DNA from: Dictyostelium discoideum
Lineage: Eukaryota
Length of the DNA: 64,000 bases
Assembly: GCA_000004695.1 (NCBI GenBank)
Contig: CM000153.2
Coordinates: 1,920,001-1,984,000 of the forward strand
Reading direction: 5' to 3'
Under the pieces are notes generated by a model, which was not told where the DNA came from, made no database searches, and was given only the letters and a program-made list of their open reading frames with translations. Made by a program: the position numbers and the translations under genes. This document shows, one piece after another, positions 26,519 through 41,586 of the stretch. Position 1 is the first letter of the stretch. Every line of letters begins with the position of its first letter.

Positions 26519-27726
26519 TTATTGTTGCCAAATTGAAATTGAACCAGCTTCAGTACCAGTTAATAAAATTGGTTTATTTGAAGATTGATTAATTGAAACA
26601 TTTAAAGAATGAATTGATTCATTTGAAGATTGAGATAAGAAAGGAGAGATAGAATCTTTTATTTCAGTACCAGTTGTTAAACTCCAAAGACAAAGACCAC
26701 GATCAGTACCAATGATTAGAGAAGAACCATCAGAGTCCAAACAATGAATTTCACCTTTTACTTTGAAACTAAAGATTTCTGAACCTTCTATACCAATCAA
26801 TTTTACAGAGCCATCAATACAAGCGGTGATAATTCTCGATCCATCAGGAGTGAATTTAATACACACCAACTCGTCAAAGAAACAACTGATTCTACGAATC
26901 AATTGAAGTGTGAGTAAATCGTAGAAATAGAGATAACCATCGCTTGAGCCCGCACAAAATATGGTACCATTTGAACTGATATCGATCGACCTTATCTCAG
27001 TATCTGAATCTACGAAATCTGCAATTGGTGTTTTTTCAATGGAGATTGCACCATTGGATTGTCTATGAGTTCTCCAAACCTTTACAGATGAATCCCAACT
27101 ACCCGATACCAATATATTGTTATTATGTAACTTTAGACATGATACAGCATCACTATGACCCGGTATTGAATAACTTATACTACCATTTCCCACTGAATAG
27201 ACATAAATATTATTATCCCATGAACCAATGATAATATATTTCTCATCCTTTGATAATTGAAAAGATGATAATGCCAAATTACAAAGATTTAATGATCTAA
27301 TTTGTCTCTTTTCTTTTAAAGAGTAAATCTTTAAACAACTATCCAATGATACTGAATAAATGGTTTCACTATTATTTGATAAATATAATGCACTAATCTT
27401 ATCTTTATGTAATTTTATATTTTGATTAAATTTTAAAAAATTTAATGATCCCCAATTATTACTATTATTTCTTTCTTCGCCTAAAAATGTTAAATTTTCA
27501 TTTTCATCATTTAAATTTTCATTTTCATTATTAAAATTATTATCATTATTTTCAAAACCATTACTATTTTTTATATTATCACTACTATTACTATTACTAT
27601 TATTTTTTTTATCATTACTATTTTCATTATTCTCATTATTTAAACTATTTATATTTTCAATATTATTTATATTATTATTTATATTACTATCTATATAATT
27701 ATTATTTAAATTACTATTACTATTAC

Positions 27727-27760
<34 letters not shown>

Positions 27761-30085
27761 TAAATTATTATCATTATCATTATTTAATTCATTAATATTA
27801 CAATTATTTAATTCATCAAAAATGAAATTAATATTTTGTTCTAAATCACTTAATTCAATTTTTAAATTTTGATTTCTTAATTGTTGTGGTAAACGTTGTG
27901 GATGAGGAGTTTTAAAGATTTGTCTTGGTGTTTGACCAAACTCATTGATTTGAGCTTCCATACCTTCACGTTCGAATGGATTAGTGATTGATTCAATATC
28001 TATACTACCTTCATAGGTTAAATGATAAAATAAATTATTAGCTCTAACTGCTTCTTCACCTTTTTGTTTATAACCAAATATTAAATCGATCCAATGATGA
28101 AGATTTTGTGATACATATTCAGACTCCAATGCTTGATGTAATTTACTAATGAAATCTTTTGGTGATGAAGCCCATGGTGGTAAAATAATATCATTAATTA
28201 CATTATTATCTTGACGAATACCTAATGGTAAATTTTCGGAATTTGTTAAAAAAATACCATTTTCAAAATTATCATCATCATCGCCGCCGCCGCCATTTCT
28301 ACTACTACTTGATGATTCAAATGATGGTTTATAAAATTCTGGAATTAATTCTTTAACATCTGTTGTACTATTTAAAACTGAATTCCAAGTTTCTTCAATT
28401 GAATAAAACATACGATTTGGTGAATCGAATCTACCATTTTGTAAACGTAACATATACTCTGGTACTTGTCTAACTAAAAAGTATAATACATAAGCTGGTG
28501 TTGAATAATGTGTACCATAGAGGAATTTTGGTTGATCATCGGGAATCTGATGATAACGATCTTGAAATGTGGCTAATCTAGTTGGATTTAGTGCACCAAT
28601 TGGTTTGGATAAATCTCTAAAGGTCTCATTTCTATTTAGATCCAATGTTGTAGATTGGTAATCCGCTATAATCCATGGGAAAACAGGATACTGCGTCAAA
28701 TCATTGAATGTTCTACCTGCTAAATTATTCAAATACAATAGATAATCGTAGTTTGATATGATACCATTTTGCCACTTTAATAGATAATTAGCCTGTTCAT
28801 TGATATGCATTATATTGGTACATAAATGTTTAACCAATAAATCATAGACTTGATTACGTGTGATTGTGTTATTAAATTTTAAGAATAAACTTGACCCATC
28901 ATCGAAAAACAATTCCAAACCAATCTCTCTTAAACTATGTCTTCTTTGTAATACCCTAATGATCGATTGTAAACTATAATTCTTTAATCGATTCTCTTCA
29001 ATGTTATTCATTGGTTGAAAGTATAATCTTGCATTTGTAATTAATAATCTACCTGGATTCTCTACCAATGGTGAAATTTTTGAACATTTTAATTCTAATA
29101 TATTCCTTTCATTCATATCAACCAATTGTGTTATATCAAAAAATATTTTATTCTCTCTATCTTCTACCATTTGTTTAATCAATTCATCCCTTTGAATCTT
29201 TTCTTTACCAGAATAATTATGAAATACTTTCATAACATCTAATACTATATTTTGTTTTACATAATTAAATGAAAATTTAAAATCTATATTATTATACTTT
29301 TTTTTAAAATTAAAAAAAAAAAAAAAAAAGAGTATTAATCATCAATAAAATTATATTATAAATATATATATAATGTTAATTTTAACATTTTTACTTACTT
29401 GTTTAAATATATATGGATGATTTCTAGAATTTTCTTTCATTTCAATAACTTGTGATGATTTTACATAGAAAATATCCCCTTTACTTGCTAAGAATGAAGG
29501 TTTTGCTTGTTCAAATAATTGTGATAATAATGGTGATGGTGGATTTGGACTAACTGAAAATGATGTATATGGATTGGTTGCAATGGTTGGGGTTGGTGCT
29601 ATAGATGTTGGTTGTGGAGTTGGTGGTGTTGGAGTTGGTGTTGGTGGTGTTGGTGTTGTTACTTTTGAAGTTAATGATGAAAATGATAATAATCTAGAAA
29701 AAGCTGAACGTGTTGGTGAAGGTTGTTCAACAACTATTGGTGGTGTTGGTGTTGGTGTTGGCTTTGATGGTGATAATATTGATTGTGGTATTGGTTGTGG
29801 TGTTGGTAAATGAGCAGGTGGTGCTGATGATAATGAATTTAACCATGCTCCTATACTTGACATATCTTTATATGGAAATTTCATTATTGGTAATTTTGAA
29901 TCGTCAGGTTCAAAAAACATTGAGCTTGAACAAACTAATATTCTACCTGCTATTCTCTTTTGCCATGATTCTTCCTCTGTATTTGACGGTGGATAAAAAA
30001 TTGCACTATAATCATCAAAATAATATTCTCCTTCATCCATTAATGTTAGATTAAATCTAACTTTATTTATATTTTTTGAAAACAT
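26519..30085 (-). CDS. lvsF: BEACH-domain protein of the FAN/NSMAF type (GRAM-like N-terminus, PH-like domain, BEACH domain, C-terminal WD40 repeats), about 1154 aa. Two exons: 30085..29399 and 29296..26519.
   Basis: BEACH core: ...ISNYDYLLYLNNLAGRTFNDLTQYPVFPWIIADY...LSKPIGALNP...QPKFLYGTHYSTPAYVLYFLVRQVPEY. WD repeats in the C-terminal 300 aa. The GRAM-like first exon (...EGEYYFDDYSAIFYPPSN...GRILVCSSSMFFEPDD) ends at donor GTAAGT (29398) and rejoins at acceptor AG 29298-29297 in phase 0. The domain order and size match the Dictyostelium LvsF/FAN-like protein. The gene symbol is given from memory and is unverified. Confidence 0.65.
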
Positions 30086-30406
30086 TTTAAAATGTTTCTA
30101 TTCTATTTTTTTTTTTTTCTCCTATCTCTTTTTTTTTTTTATTATTAAATGTGTTTATGTGTGTGTGGTATTTTTTTTTTTTTATTATTACTAGCAACTT
30201 TAAATAAAAAATTTTAAAAAAAAAAAAAAAAAGAAAAATAATAAAAAAAAATATAAAAAAATAAAAAAGCACACAAATTGGTTTTTTATGGACTTTTGAT
30301 TTTATAGTTGTTATTGTTATTATAATAAAGATTTTTTTTTGAAATGGTTTTGGAAAATGAAAAATAAAAAAAATAAATAAAATAAAAAAAAAAAAAAATA
30401 AAAAAA

Positions 30407-30447
<41 letters not shown>

Positions 30448-30552
30448 TGATATTAATTTTTTCTCATTCCCACCCAAATCCCAAAATACATGTATTTGAA
30501 AAAGGTGGAAATAATAAAATTAAATAAATAAATATATATAATTTTATAAACT

Positions 30553-31459
30553 ATGTCAGACTTAAGAGAAATTGTAAGTACTTTAAATTACTTTTTGTTT
30601 AATTAATAAATTAATAAATTTTTTTTTTTTTTTTATGTTTTTATTATTAATATCAATATTAATCAATATTATTATAATTACAGAATAGATTAAATAAAGA
30701 TGAAGAATTTGAATATTTTAAACTTTATTCAAATAGTAATGGATTTAGAAAATGGAATTTAGATGAACATAATATATTTAGTAAAGCAAGTTTAGAATAT
30801 AATTTTTTAAAACCTGATCAAATGATAGAGATACTTAAATTAGTTAATCAACATAATTCAAATACATCATGTAAAGCAAGAACATTGGAAGAATTGAATA
30901 TTCATATTAAAGTTTATCAAAACTTTTTAAATAAACAACAAGCACTTAGATCACCAACAACAGGTAGTTTAAATATTAGTGGATTTGGTAATCCTATTAC
31001 AAGTGGTGGTGGTGGTCTTGGTGTATTGGGTGGTGGTGGTGGTGGTGGAGGTATTTCTAGTAGTAGTCTTGGAGGGCTAAGTGGTAGTGGTTTATTTTTA
31101 AATACAATGGTAAATAATACTTTTCAAACAATTTTAGATTCTCTAGATGGCAATAGTAGTAATAATAACAATAATAATATTCCTTCAACATCAAGTGTTA
31201 AAGATGTAGTATCAATTGGTATTAACCCATTATTTCAAAAAAGTGTACAATCTCAATCACAACTACCAACAGCAACTAATAATAATAATAAACAACCATT
31301 AGAATTAATTTCAAAACCAATACCTACAGCAACAGCAACAGCAACAACAACAGCAACAACAACAACAACAACCATTCAACCACCAATTGGTGGTACTAAA
31401 AATACAGTAAACAAAGAAATAGAACAAGATAGTAATGATAATGATAATAATAACAATAC

Positions 31460-31510
<51 letters not shown>

Positions 31511-31771
31511 AGAAAAAGAAAAACAATACTTAAATTATATTAATAATAGTCTTGGTGAATTAAATAAAAAGGATTTAAAACTTTTGAATGAACCATGGAC
31601 AGTTGAAGATCAAAAGAAATTAGAAGATGCATTAACTAAATATCCACCAAGTAGATTTAGTAGTGTTTCTAGATGGCAAATGGTTTCAAAAGAGTTGGGT
31701 ATTTCACCAAAAGCTGTAGCATTAAGGTATAATCAAATGTTAAATCAATTAATTCCCAAAAAACCTTCTCT

Positions 31772-31811
<40 letters not shown>

Positions 31812-32217
31812 CCAACAACAACAACAACAACAACGACAAAACCTGAACAATCAATTAAATCTGAAGAAGAGGAACAAACAACTGGTAAAAGAAAGTCAAG
31901 ATCATCATTTTCATCACCTTCATCATCATCAAAAGAATCACCAAATAAAAAAGAAAAAACTACTCATGATACTACTACAACTACTAATACTGCTACTACT
32001 ACTACTGTAACTCCAAATATGACCACTCCTTCCATTATTAATTCTTCTCCTGCAATCGCTGCAAATTTATTGGAAGCTGATTCACTTTTACAAAAAAACA
32101 ATCAATTATTAAAACAAATTAGAACAAGTGTTATGCAATTAACTGATCCTCAATCAACAATTTTAACTGAAGTAATTGAAAATATAAATAATAGTATTCA
32201 ATTGTATGTTTTAAAAT

Positions 32218-32219
<2 letters not shown>
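30553..32219 (+). CDS. SANT/Myb-like domain protein with low-complexity (G/S/N/Q/T-rich) linkers. Two exons: 30553..30573 and 30684..32219.
   Basis: A 21-nt first exon (MSDLREI) uses donor GTAAGT at 30574 and acceptor AG at 30682-83, in phase 0. The SANT-like block is WTVEDQKKLEDALTKYPPSRFSSVSRWQMVSKELGISPKAVALRYNQMLNQL. The rest is low complexity. Confidence 0.55.
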
Positions 32220-32271
<52 letters not shown>

Positions 32272-32707
32272 CCTTTTTATTATTTACTAACCTTTTTTAA
32301 AATTTATCTATCTGAAAAAAAAAAAAAAAAAAAAAAAAGAACTGGAAAATGGAAAGATAATATTGAAATGCCACCTTTACCACTTAAAGTAAATGATTTA
32401 ATACTTTCATTAATTTCAAATAATACAAGTTCATCATTCAAAAAACCATTATCAAAAAAGGTAACAGAATGGAATCTAGTTGTTGAAGATGATGCACCAA
32501 CTCAAGATAAAAAATAATAATAATAATAATAAATTGTACAAAAAAAAAAAAAAGAGGTATAAATATATTTTTTTTTTTTTTTTTTCTTTTTTTTTTCCAA
32601 ACAAATAAAAGTTTCCAAATCTAGTAATGTTTTAAAACTATTTTATAACACAATTGTGGTTTTTAATTATTTTATTTACAATTAAATTCTATTTTTTTTA
32701 TTTTTAT

Positions 32708-33586
32708 TTATTTTTTAGTACCAACACCAATAAAACTAAATGATGTTAATTGTAATTTATTATTTTCAGAAGATCTTTTTGGATTTTTTGAATTTGCAAT
32801 TTCAATGAATAATTGATCAAATTTTGATTTTAATTCTTCGCTATGTAATTGATCTAAACAGTCTAAATATGTAGGATTAGTTTTAAACATTGGCAGTAAA
32901 TCGGAAATTTCATTTATTTCCATTGGATGCTCAACTTTTGTTATTGTGACATCAATGAAACCAACAGATTCTAAATGAGATTTAAAAAGAGATTCATTTG
33001 AAAGTGATAATGCAGTTTGATTATAAGTTGTTGGTTTACCATTTTCTTGTTCTGTTAATAATTGATCAGTGGTTTCTTGAAATACTTGAACCAAGAATGA
33101 ATCAGTACACCAAGCTGCTATTGCTGCACGACTTTGGTTATTGGATTTCAAAACACGGTGCATTTCATTCATACCCTTAATTAAATCTGGGAAAAATATT
33201 AAACCGAATATACTGAATGTGTAATCCACTGAATCGGTTTCAATAATCTCCAAGTTTTGACCGTCCATCACATGGGTTTCAATATTTTTAATATTATTAT
33301 CTTTGACTAATCTATCAACGATTTCAATCATTTTTGGGGAAAAATCAGTTGTAATGAATTTACTATTTTTATAAACTTCTGCACCATATAATGATAATGG
33401 TCCAGTACCAGCTGCAACATCTAATATTGTCATTGGTTTTTCATTAAATTCTTTTGGAATTGTTAAATTTAATGCATCCATTGCAAAATAGGTTGTAAAT
33501 CCAATTGTTGGTTTCAAAATGAATTTTGCCAATGTTTCTGCTGTAAGATCCCAACCATCTGCTGTTACTTGTTTTAAATTTGACAT
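32708..33586 (-). CDS. Class I SAM-dependent methyltransferase.
   Basis: Single 292-aa ORF. Motif I: ILDVAAGTGPLSLYGAEVY. Post-I acidic residue: ITTDFSPKMIE. Motif II-like: DYTFSIFGLIFFPD. Confidence 0.6.
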   Translation of the reverse strand: MSNLKQVTADGWDLTAETLAKFILKPTIGFTTYFAMDALNLTIPKEFNEKPMTILDVAAGTGPLSLYGAEVYKNSKFITTDFSPKMIEIVDRLVKDNNIKNIETHVMDGQNLEIIETDSVDYTFSIFGLIFFPDLIKGMNEMHRVLKSNNQSRAAIAAWCTDSFLVQVFQETTDQLLTEQENGKPTTYNQTALSLSNESLFKSHLESVGFIDVTITKVEHPMEINEISDLLPMFKTNPTYLDCLDQLHSEELKSKFDQLFIEIANSKNPKRSSENNKLQLTSFSFIGVGTKK

Positions 33587-33662
33587 TTCTATTCTTTTTT
33601 CTTTTTCTTAATAATAAAATAAACTGTTTTTTTTCTTGATTTAAATATGAAAAAAATTAATG

Positions 33663-33696
<34 letters not shown>

Positions 33697-33926
33697 AAAA
33701 AAATAAAAATAAAAATAATAAAAATTTATTTTTGGTAATTTTTTGCTGGCTTTTTTGGAAAAAGTCACTCCGCTAGCGGCATATGCGTTCCATCGAAAAA
33801 GACAACACATTGTTTTCTTGAGCAAAGTGGAAACTACATTTATAAAAAAATTAATTTTTAATTTAAATGTAATTTTAATCTCAAAAATTCGACAACTCTT
33901 CTTTTTTGATTAGACAAACCAAAATG

Positions 33927-33962
<36 letters not shown>

Positions 33963-34139
33963 TTAATAATAAAATAAATAAATTTATTAAAATTTTAACA
34001 ATTTGTCAGATGATTCGGGTGGTAAATATTGATAATAAAAAAAAATGGATTTTATTTTATTCCAATTTGCTAATTTTACAAGTATATGGTTGGAATATAA
34101 AACTTGGATTTTCTTTTTTTCTCTCTTTTCTTTTTTTTT

Positions 34140-34172
<33 letters not shown>

Positions 34173-34323
34173 GTTTTCTGAATTTATATTTACAATGGTC
34201 AATTACTTTAAGTATGTTTTTTTTTTTTTTTTTTGTTTTTTTTTTTTTTTTTTTTCAGTTTATATAAAATGGTAATATTTTCTATATACTATTATTAATA
34301 TTATATCGCTAAAAATATTTAAA

Positions 34324-35003
<680 letters not shown>

Positions 35004-35405
35004 TTTATAATTTTAATTATTTTTAATTATTATTAATATTAATGGTAATTATGGAATGAAAAAAAAAAATGAAATTAAAAGTTCAAAAATGCTTTTTATG
35101 AAAAATAAAAATAAAAACAAAAATAAAAAAAAGAGGAAAAAAAAAATGTTTTGTTTTTTTTTTTTTTTATTTTTTTTTTTTTTTTTTTTTTTTTTATTTC
35201 AAAAATTTTCATAAAAACGAAAAAACATCAGTATTGTTAAAATAATTGTTGTTGATATTTGTTTTTTTTTTTTTTAGATTAAAATTTTAATAAAATAAAA
35301 AAAAAATAAAAGATCAGATTGGATTTAAAATATACATTCAAAAAAAAAGTAATAAATCAATAACCAACAACCAATAATTATAATAATATACATATATAGC
35401 AAATA

Positions 35406-36629
35406 ATGTTCAATTTTGGAAATTTTTGTAAAAGCTTTAGCAAAATCACATTAAGCAATAATATCACAGGTTTCAGAACCATTGTTTCAAGACCAAATGA
35501 AATTTCATTAAACAATTTAAGAGATAATCCAGGTGCTGTTACAAAAGTAAGTTCACCTTTTTACTACAAACTACATACCCACACGCATTCACATTCACAT
35601 ATATGTATGATTGGGGGAGAGGGAGGAGACAGGGGTGATTGTATCATATCTATATGTTTGTTAAATAAAATCAAAATATTAACACAAAGTTTTATTTATT
35701 TATATGTATATAGAAAGTTAGAGTTGGTAGAGGTATTGGTTCAGGTAGAGGTAAGACTTCTACTAGAGGTCATTCTGGTCAAAAAGCAAGAGCTGGTCAT
35801 AGTAAGTTTCAAATAAAATTTATATTTAAAATTTGTTTCCAATTCGAAAAAAAGTATCCTAATAAATAATAATAATAATAACATAATAATAATTTAGATA
35901 TTCCAAGAGCATTTGAAGGTGGTCAAACACAATTATTTAAAAAGATGAGAAAATATGGTTTTTCAAATGCCAGATTTGAAAGAGTACTCACTCCAATCAA
36001 TTTCAATACTTTGGATAGATTAATTAGAGAAAATAGAATAAACCCAAATGAAACAATCACAATGAAACATTTATTCGATGCAAACTGTACTGGTGCAATC
36101 AAACATGGTATTAAACTTTTATCTGATGTATGATTTCTTTCAACTTTTTTTCTTTTTTTTTTTTATAATTTATCAAATTACTAACCAATACCTTTTTTGG
36201 AAAATTATTTTTATTATTATTTGGAAAAATAAATTCAATTTTTGGATTCAAATAAAAAAACAAACAAACAAACAAACAAACAAATATATCAAAACTATTT
36301 TTAATAATAAAATCAATTAATTAATTATTTAGGGTAAACAAAATTTCAAACATAAAATTAATATTGAATTATCAGATTTTTCAGCACCAGCAAGAGAAAC
36401 AGTTGAAGCTTTAGGTGGTGTCGCTAAAAATGTTTATTATGATCGTCTTGGTTTAAGATTTTTATTAAAACCACATAAATTTGATTTTGTACCAAACAGA
36501 GCAAGAGTACCATTAAAATATGTAAGCAAATATCCAGATCATGTCACTGGTTATATGGGTGCTTACTCAACCAAGGGTGAAAAATTCCTCAAAGTTCAAG
36601 AAGAACAAGAACAAGAACAAAAACAATAA
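35406..36629 (+). CDS. mrpl15: Mitochondrial ribosomal protein uL15 (MRPL15). Exons: 35406..35546, 35714..35801, 35898..36127, 36333..36629.
   Basis: The uL15 signature [28 protein letters not shown] sits in exon 2 and is followed by [22 protein letters not shown]. Donors: GTAAGT (35547), GTAAGT (35802), GTATGA (36128). Acceptors: AG 35712-13, 35896-97, 36331-32. All phases checked (0; 1+2; 0). Confidence 0.8.
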
Positions 36630-36884
36630 AAATACATATATAAAAATAAATAAAAAAAAATTTTAAAAAAAGAAAAAAAAGGATAATTATAATGGATTAT
36701 TGGTTGAATTTATAATGTGAAATAATTGTTTTTTTTTTTTTTTTTTTTTTTTTGATTTGTTAAGATACTATACATTTTTACACTTTTATTTTTTTTATTA
36801 TTATTGTTATATTATTTTGGTTGAATTAAATAATTAATTATTAATAATTGTACTTGTTTGTTTTTTTTTTGATTTGTTAAATAG

Positions 36885-36915
<31 letters not shown>

Positions 36916-36974
36916 GGATTTGTTCACTGTTTAGTGTTTAGTGTTTAGTTTTGTTTTTTTTTTTGTTAATTTTT

Positions 36975-39735
36975 TTATGATGATGAAGTTTCATTATTTG
37001 AAGAAGAAGTTGAAGTTAAAGGAGCGGTCGAAGAAGATGATGATGAAGAAACTTTATCTCTATTTTCTTCTTCATCAATTTTTGGTAATTTTGATTTAAC
37101 CAAAATTGTTGGATCTTCCATAAATTGGAGATCATCATCATTACATTTACCTTCTTTTTGTAATTCCATGTATGCTTGCCAATTTTCACGATTTTTACTA
37201 ATTACCTTTAATAGGAATTGACTTTCTTTTAAGAACTTTGCCATACTTTGGAAAAGAGGTGATGCAACGAAATCTATGAAATCCGCTGCGATTCTTGCTC
37301 TTGTGGTTTTGGTTTTATCCATAAATGGTGTAACTGGATAACCACAAATAGTTTCATAATGTGATTGTTGGAAAAATTCATCTGAAACTCTTAAAGACCA
37401 TTCAAAATTTAAATGCCATGGTCTTGCAATATTTGAAATATCACCGCACTTTTATTGTTTTTATTTTATTTTATTTTAATTAATTAGTTTTATCTATTAG
37501 TAAACTTTTATTATAAAGTATTTTATAATTAATTAATTAATTAAATTAATTTATAATCTATATATTTACCTTTATTAAGAAATTTAAAATCATTTGTCTA
37601 TCTTCTTTTTTATTTCTATCAAATGGTAAATTATTTAAATGATGTTGAAATTTATTAGTATGTTCAAAATGATTTTGCATATCAGTTGCTAAAATCAATT
37701 GAACTACTGATCTTCTTAATTCTTTGTATTGATCTTCATTTAAACCTTCTAATATATTACACTCACTATTTCTTAAAATTTTAAATGTTAACATAGCATG
37801 ATGATTCTAAATAAAAAAAAAAATATTAAAAAATATTAGTAATAATTATTATTATTATTATTTTAAAATTAATAAAAAATTATAATTACCTCTAATACAG
37901 AAATATCATTATATTCTAATGATAATTCAGTTTGAGCATTAACTTGAAAAGTATTATTAAAACCTGGATGATTTAAATCGTGACACATACAAGAGATTAA
38001 TAGAGCGAAAATATCCAAATGGGTTAAATATTGAGCGGCATTGAAAGAGGTTAAAAAAGTGTAAACAGTTTGAGTGACATCAAAGGCATGAGTAAAATTA
38101 TGATAACGGTTATTTTTTCGGTATAGTGCATTAACTGTCATGATGAAACGTTGTAACTTTTCAATAGGAATTTTAAAAATTTCGGGTAATTGAAAGTTTT
38201 CAAACATATCCACCAATAATGGCATTAAATCATCTTCAGAGTATTTGAAAACATCAAACTCCCAACCTTTGATCACTTCTTTGGTATCACGATTATATGT
38301 AGTTTGAGGGAAAGTTGGTATTGAATTTCTACGACTTGTAGTTGACGAAAACTCTGAAACCAAGAAACTCTTTGTAACTGGGTCAACTGAATCATTCTTT
38401 ATCAACTTTTCAAAACTTGGTCTGTAAATATTTGAAGAACCCAACTCCTTTAAAATTGAGCTTAGTTTCTCCTTGATCTCTGATTCATAATGAGACCAAC
38501 TACTTTGCTTCAATAGCTCCTCAATGTTTCTTGTGACTGATACCAATGGTGATTCCATTGCTTCCTTTGAGATTGAAGACATTTTCGATACTTTTTTGGT
38601 TAACTCTTCAATCTCATGTTCTTTCAATTCCATCTCCTTTGCTAATTTATTACCTTTCTCTCTTTCTTGTGCCAACGTTGCTTTATATTCTTCCTCTTTT
38701 CTTCTTTGCCAAATACTTTGTAAAACTGTATCAATCTTTTTCTTTAATAATTCCTTTGCAATTGGTTTTGTTAAAAAATCTTGTCCACCAATTTTAATTG
38801 TATCATTTGCATATTTATAATCTACTGCTGTTCCTGACATTACTAATAAATTAATTAATTAATTAATAAATTAATTAATAAATTAATTAATAATTTTGAT
38901 TAAAATATACATACAAATAACTGGTATATGTCTGTGAACTGGATGATCATTAATTCTTTGTAATAAATCAAAGCCTGTAATATGTGGCATCATTACATCT
39001 GTTAATACTAAATCATATTTTTGTTGACCTTTATTTATATATTCCCATGCTATTTCTCCATTTGGTACTAATGTAACTAATAAAATAAAATAAATAATTA
39101 TAAAAAAAAAAAAAAAAAAAAAAAAGGAATATTAGATATTTTTAAAAATAATTTTAGTGGTAGAGTAATTTAATTTTACCATTATAATGAAATTTTTTAA
39201 GTAAATTATTTAAAATCTTTCTTTGAACATCGTCATCATCTGCAACTAAAATCCTAACTTTTGATGGACTATACTCATCAGAAAAATCCGATACTCTATG
39301 AGAAGATGGAGATGGTTGGTCGTTCAATTTGTCTCCAAATCCATTATTATGACCATTGACTAATGGTTCATAATTATTATTATTAATATTATTATTATTA
39401 ATATTATTATTATTGTTGTTACTATTATTATTACTATTATGATTACTGGTGGTAGTTGTTGTAGTTGTTGTTGTAGTGTTATTACTGCTACTATTATTTT
39501 CTAATGATACAATATCTTTTTGTTTTTCGTTGTTATTACTGTTGTTGTTGTTGTTATTGTTGTTGTTATTTTTGTTGTCATTTCCTTTGGAATGAACATT
39601 TAAATTCTCTATTCCCGATATCATAGATTTTAATGATGTTGAATCGTTATTCGATGGCGATGAAGAAGATGATGGTGATGGTGATGTCGACGTTGAAGAA
39701 AGAAATTGGTCTATTTCTTCTTGTTTGTTATTCAT
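36975..39735 (-). CDS. regA: RegA: response-regulator receiver domain fused to a class I cAMP phosphodiesterase, 793 aa. Exons: 39735..39180, 39076..38915, 38842..37890, 37806..37570, 37448..36975.
   Basis: Receiver domain: KVRILVADDDDVQRKILNNLL...VTLVPNGEIAWEYI...YDLVLTDVMMPHITGFDLLQRI...IPVILMSGTAV...KIGGQDFLTKPIAKELL. PDE catalytic domain: YHNFTHAFDVTQTVY...HDLNHPGFNNTFQ...LSLEYNDISVLENHHAMLTFKIL...LATDMQNHFEH...CGDISNIARPWHLNFEWSLRVSDEFFQQ. Four introns (donors GTAAAA, GTATGT, GTAATT, GTAAAT), all phase-checked. The summed CDS is 2382 nt, giving 793 aa, which matches the known size and the N-terminus MNNKQEEIDQF of D. discoideum RegA. Confidence 0.9.
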
Positions 39736-41043
39736 GTTTTAAAATAAAACAATTTTTTTTTTTTTTTTTTTTTTTTTAATTATTTATTTTACTTGGAATT
39801 TTTATTATTGTTTTATTTTTATTTTTTTTATTTTTTTATTTTTTATTTTTTTATGTTGGTTTCTATATCTACTATTATAAATTTTAAAAAAAAAAATAAT
39901 GATATTTCTATTAATATTAAAATTTTAAGATTATTGAGGTTTTTTTTTTAAAAAAAAAAAATATTTTCTTTTTTTTATTATTATTTTTTTTTTATTATTA
40001 TTTGTTTTTAATTTATTTTTATTACAAATATTTGATACAAAATGGGGGTAAAAAAAAATAGAAAAAAAAAAAAAAACAATATTAAATAATGTTTAAGAAA
40101 TTTCTACCAATATTTGACAACATGTATTGTTTTATTTGGTTTTTAAAGAAAAAGAAGGAAGAAAAAAAAAAAAAAATTAAAAAAAAAAAAAATGTTATTT
40201 GAAAAAAAAAAAAAAAAAGTTGAATTATAATTTTTGGTTTTTTCCCTTAAAAGGTATTTGAGTGAGCAAAAAAAAAAAAAAACAAAACAAAACAATAAGG
40301 AAAAATTTAAAATGGCAAAAAATTAAAAAAAGAAAAAAAAAAAATTAAAAATAAAAAAAAAATAAAAAAAAAATTAAAAATAAAAAAATAAAAAAAAAAA
40401 AAATTTTGTTAGATATTTTTGTTAGATAAAAAGATAAATATTATAAAATATTTTTAAATATAGTCCAGTAATGATAAAGAATATATATATAATTATGTAA
40501 TGTTGGGTTATTATTATTATTATTTTTTTTTTTTTTTTTTTATTTGTTTTTATTTTTATTTATTTTTTTTATATTTTTATTTTTTATATTTTATTTTTTT
40601 TATTTTGAATTTATTTTTATTATAAACTATTAAAAAAATTATTGTTTATTATAAAATTTTATATAAAAATTAAAAATAATTTAAAAAATAAACAAATAAA
40701 AAAATATTACCTTTATTTTTTATTTTTTTTTTTAATTAAATAAAAAAAAAAAAAAGATTATCAAAAAAGCTTGCTTGCCAATAAAATTTGAATGATAATA
40801 AATTAATAAATAAATAAATGAGAAAAAAAAAAAAAATTAAATTTATAAATCTATCTATATAGAAATTTGAATTATAACAGTAATGATAAAACTTGATGTA
40901 AAAAGAAGAAAAGAAAAAAAAAAAAAAAAAAAAAAAAATTAAAAATAAAAATAAAAACAAAAATAAAAAATTAAAAATAAAAATAAAAAACAAAGTGGTA
41001 AAAAAAAAAAAAAAAAAAAAAAAATAATAATAATAATATAAAT

Positions 41044-41080
<37 letters not shown>

Positions 41081-41428
41081 ATAAAATAGAGATTTTTTTT
41101 TATTTTTTTTTTTTTTATTTTTTTTCTTTTTTAAATACGATCAACAGTTGTAGTTGTTTTAATTTAAAAATAATTATTGGATCACTTGGAAAGCAAATAA
41201 AATAGTTGTGATGGTAGTAAGTTGTAGTTTTAGTTGGAAGTATAGGGGGATCGTGGTGGTTAATTAAAAAATAAAAAAAAAAAAAAAAAAATATTAGAGT
41301 TGAAAAAATAAAAAGGGAGAAAATTGTGTAAAGTTACAAATTTGTAAAATTTGATAGTTATAATGTTGGCCAGTATACAAAAAAAATCTCGAATCCTTTG
41401 TTGAAAAAAAAAAAAAGTGTATACAAAA

Positions 41429-41463
<35 letters not shown>

Positions 41464-41542
41464 CAAAGTTTTTTTTTACACTTTTAAATAAAAGATCTTC
41501 ATTACATAGGCGATACATAGTTAAAAGAATTAATATAAACAA

Positions 41543-41586
<44 letters not shown>

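Noticed and set aside
29574-30054. Plus-strand Gly/Val-rich ORFs 29574..29813 and 29710..30054
   Set aside because: Antisense to the Pro/Thr-rich linker of the lvsF-like first exon.
31311-31854. Minus-strand poly-Ile, poly-Cys and poly-Val ORFs
   Set aside because: Antisense to the poly-Asn, poly-Gln and poly-Thr tracts of the SANT-domain gene.
33589-34275. K/F-rich ORFs 33589..33825, 33987..34202, 34010..34267, 34045..34275
   Set aside because: Homopolymer intergenic sequence between the methyltransferase and PHF5A genes.
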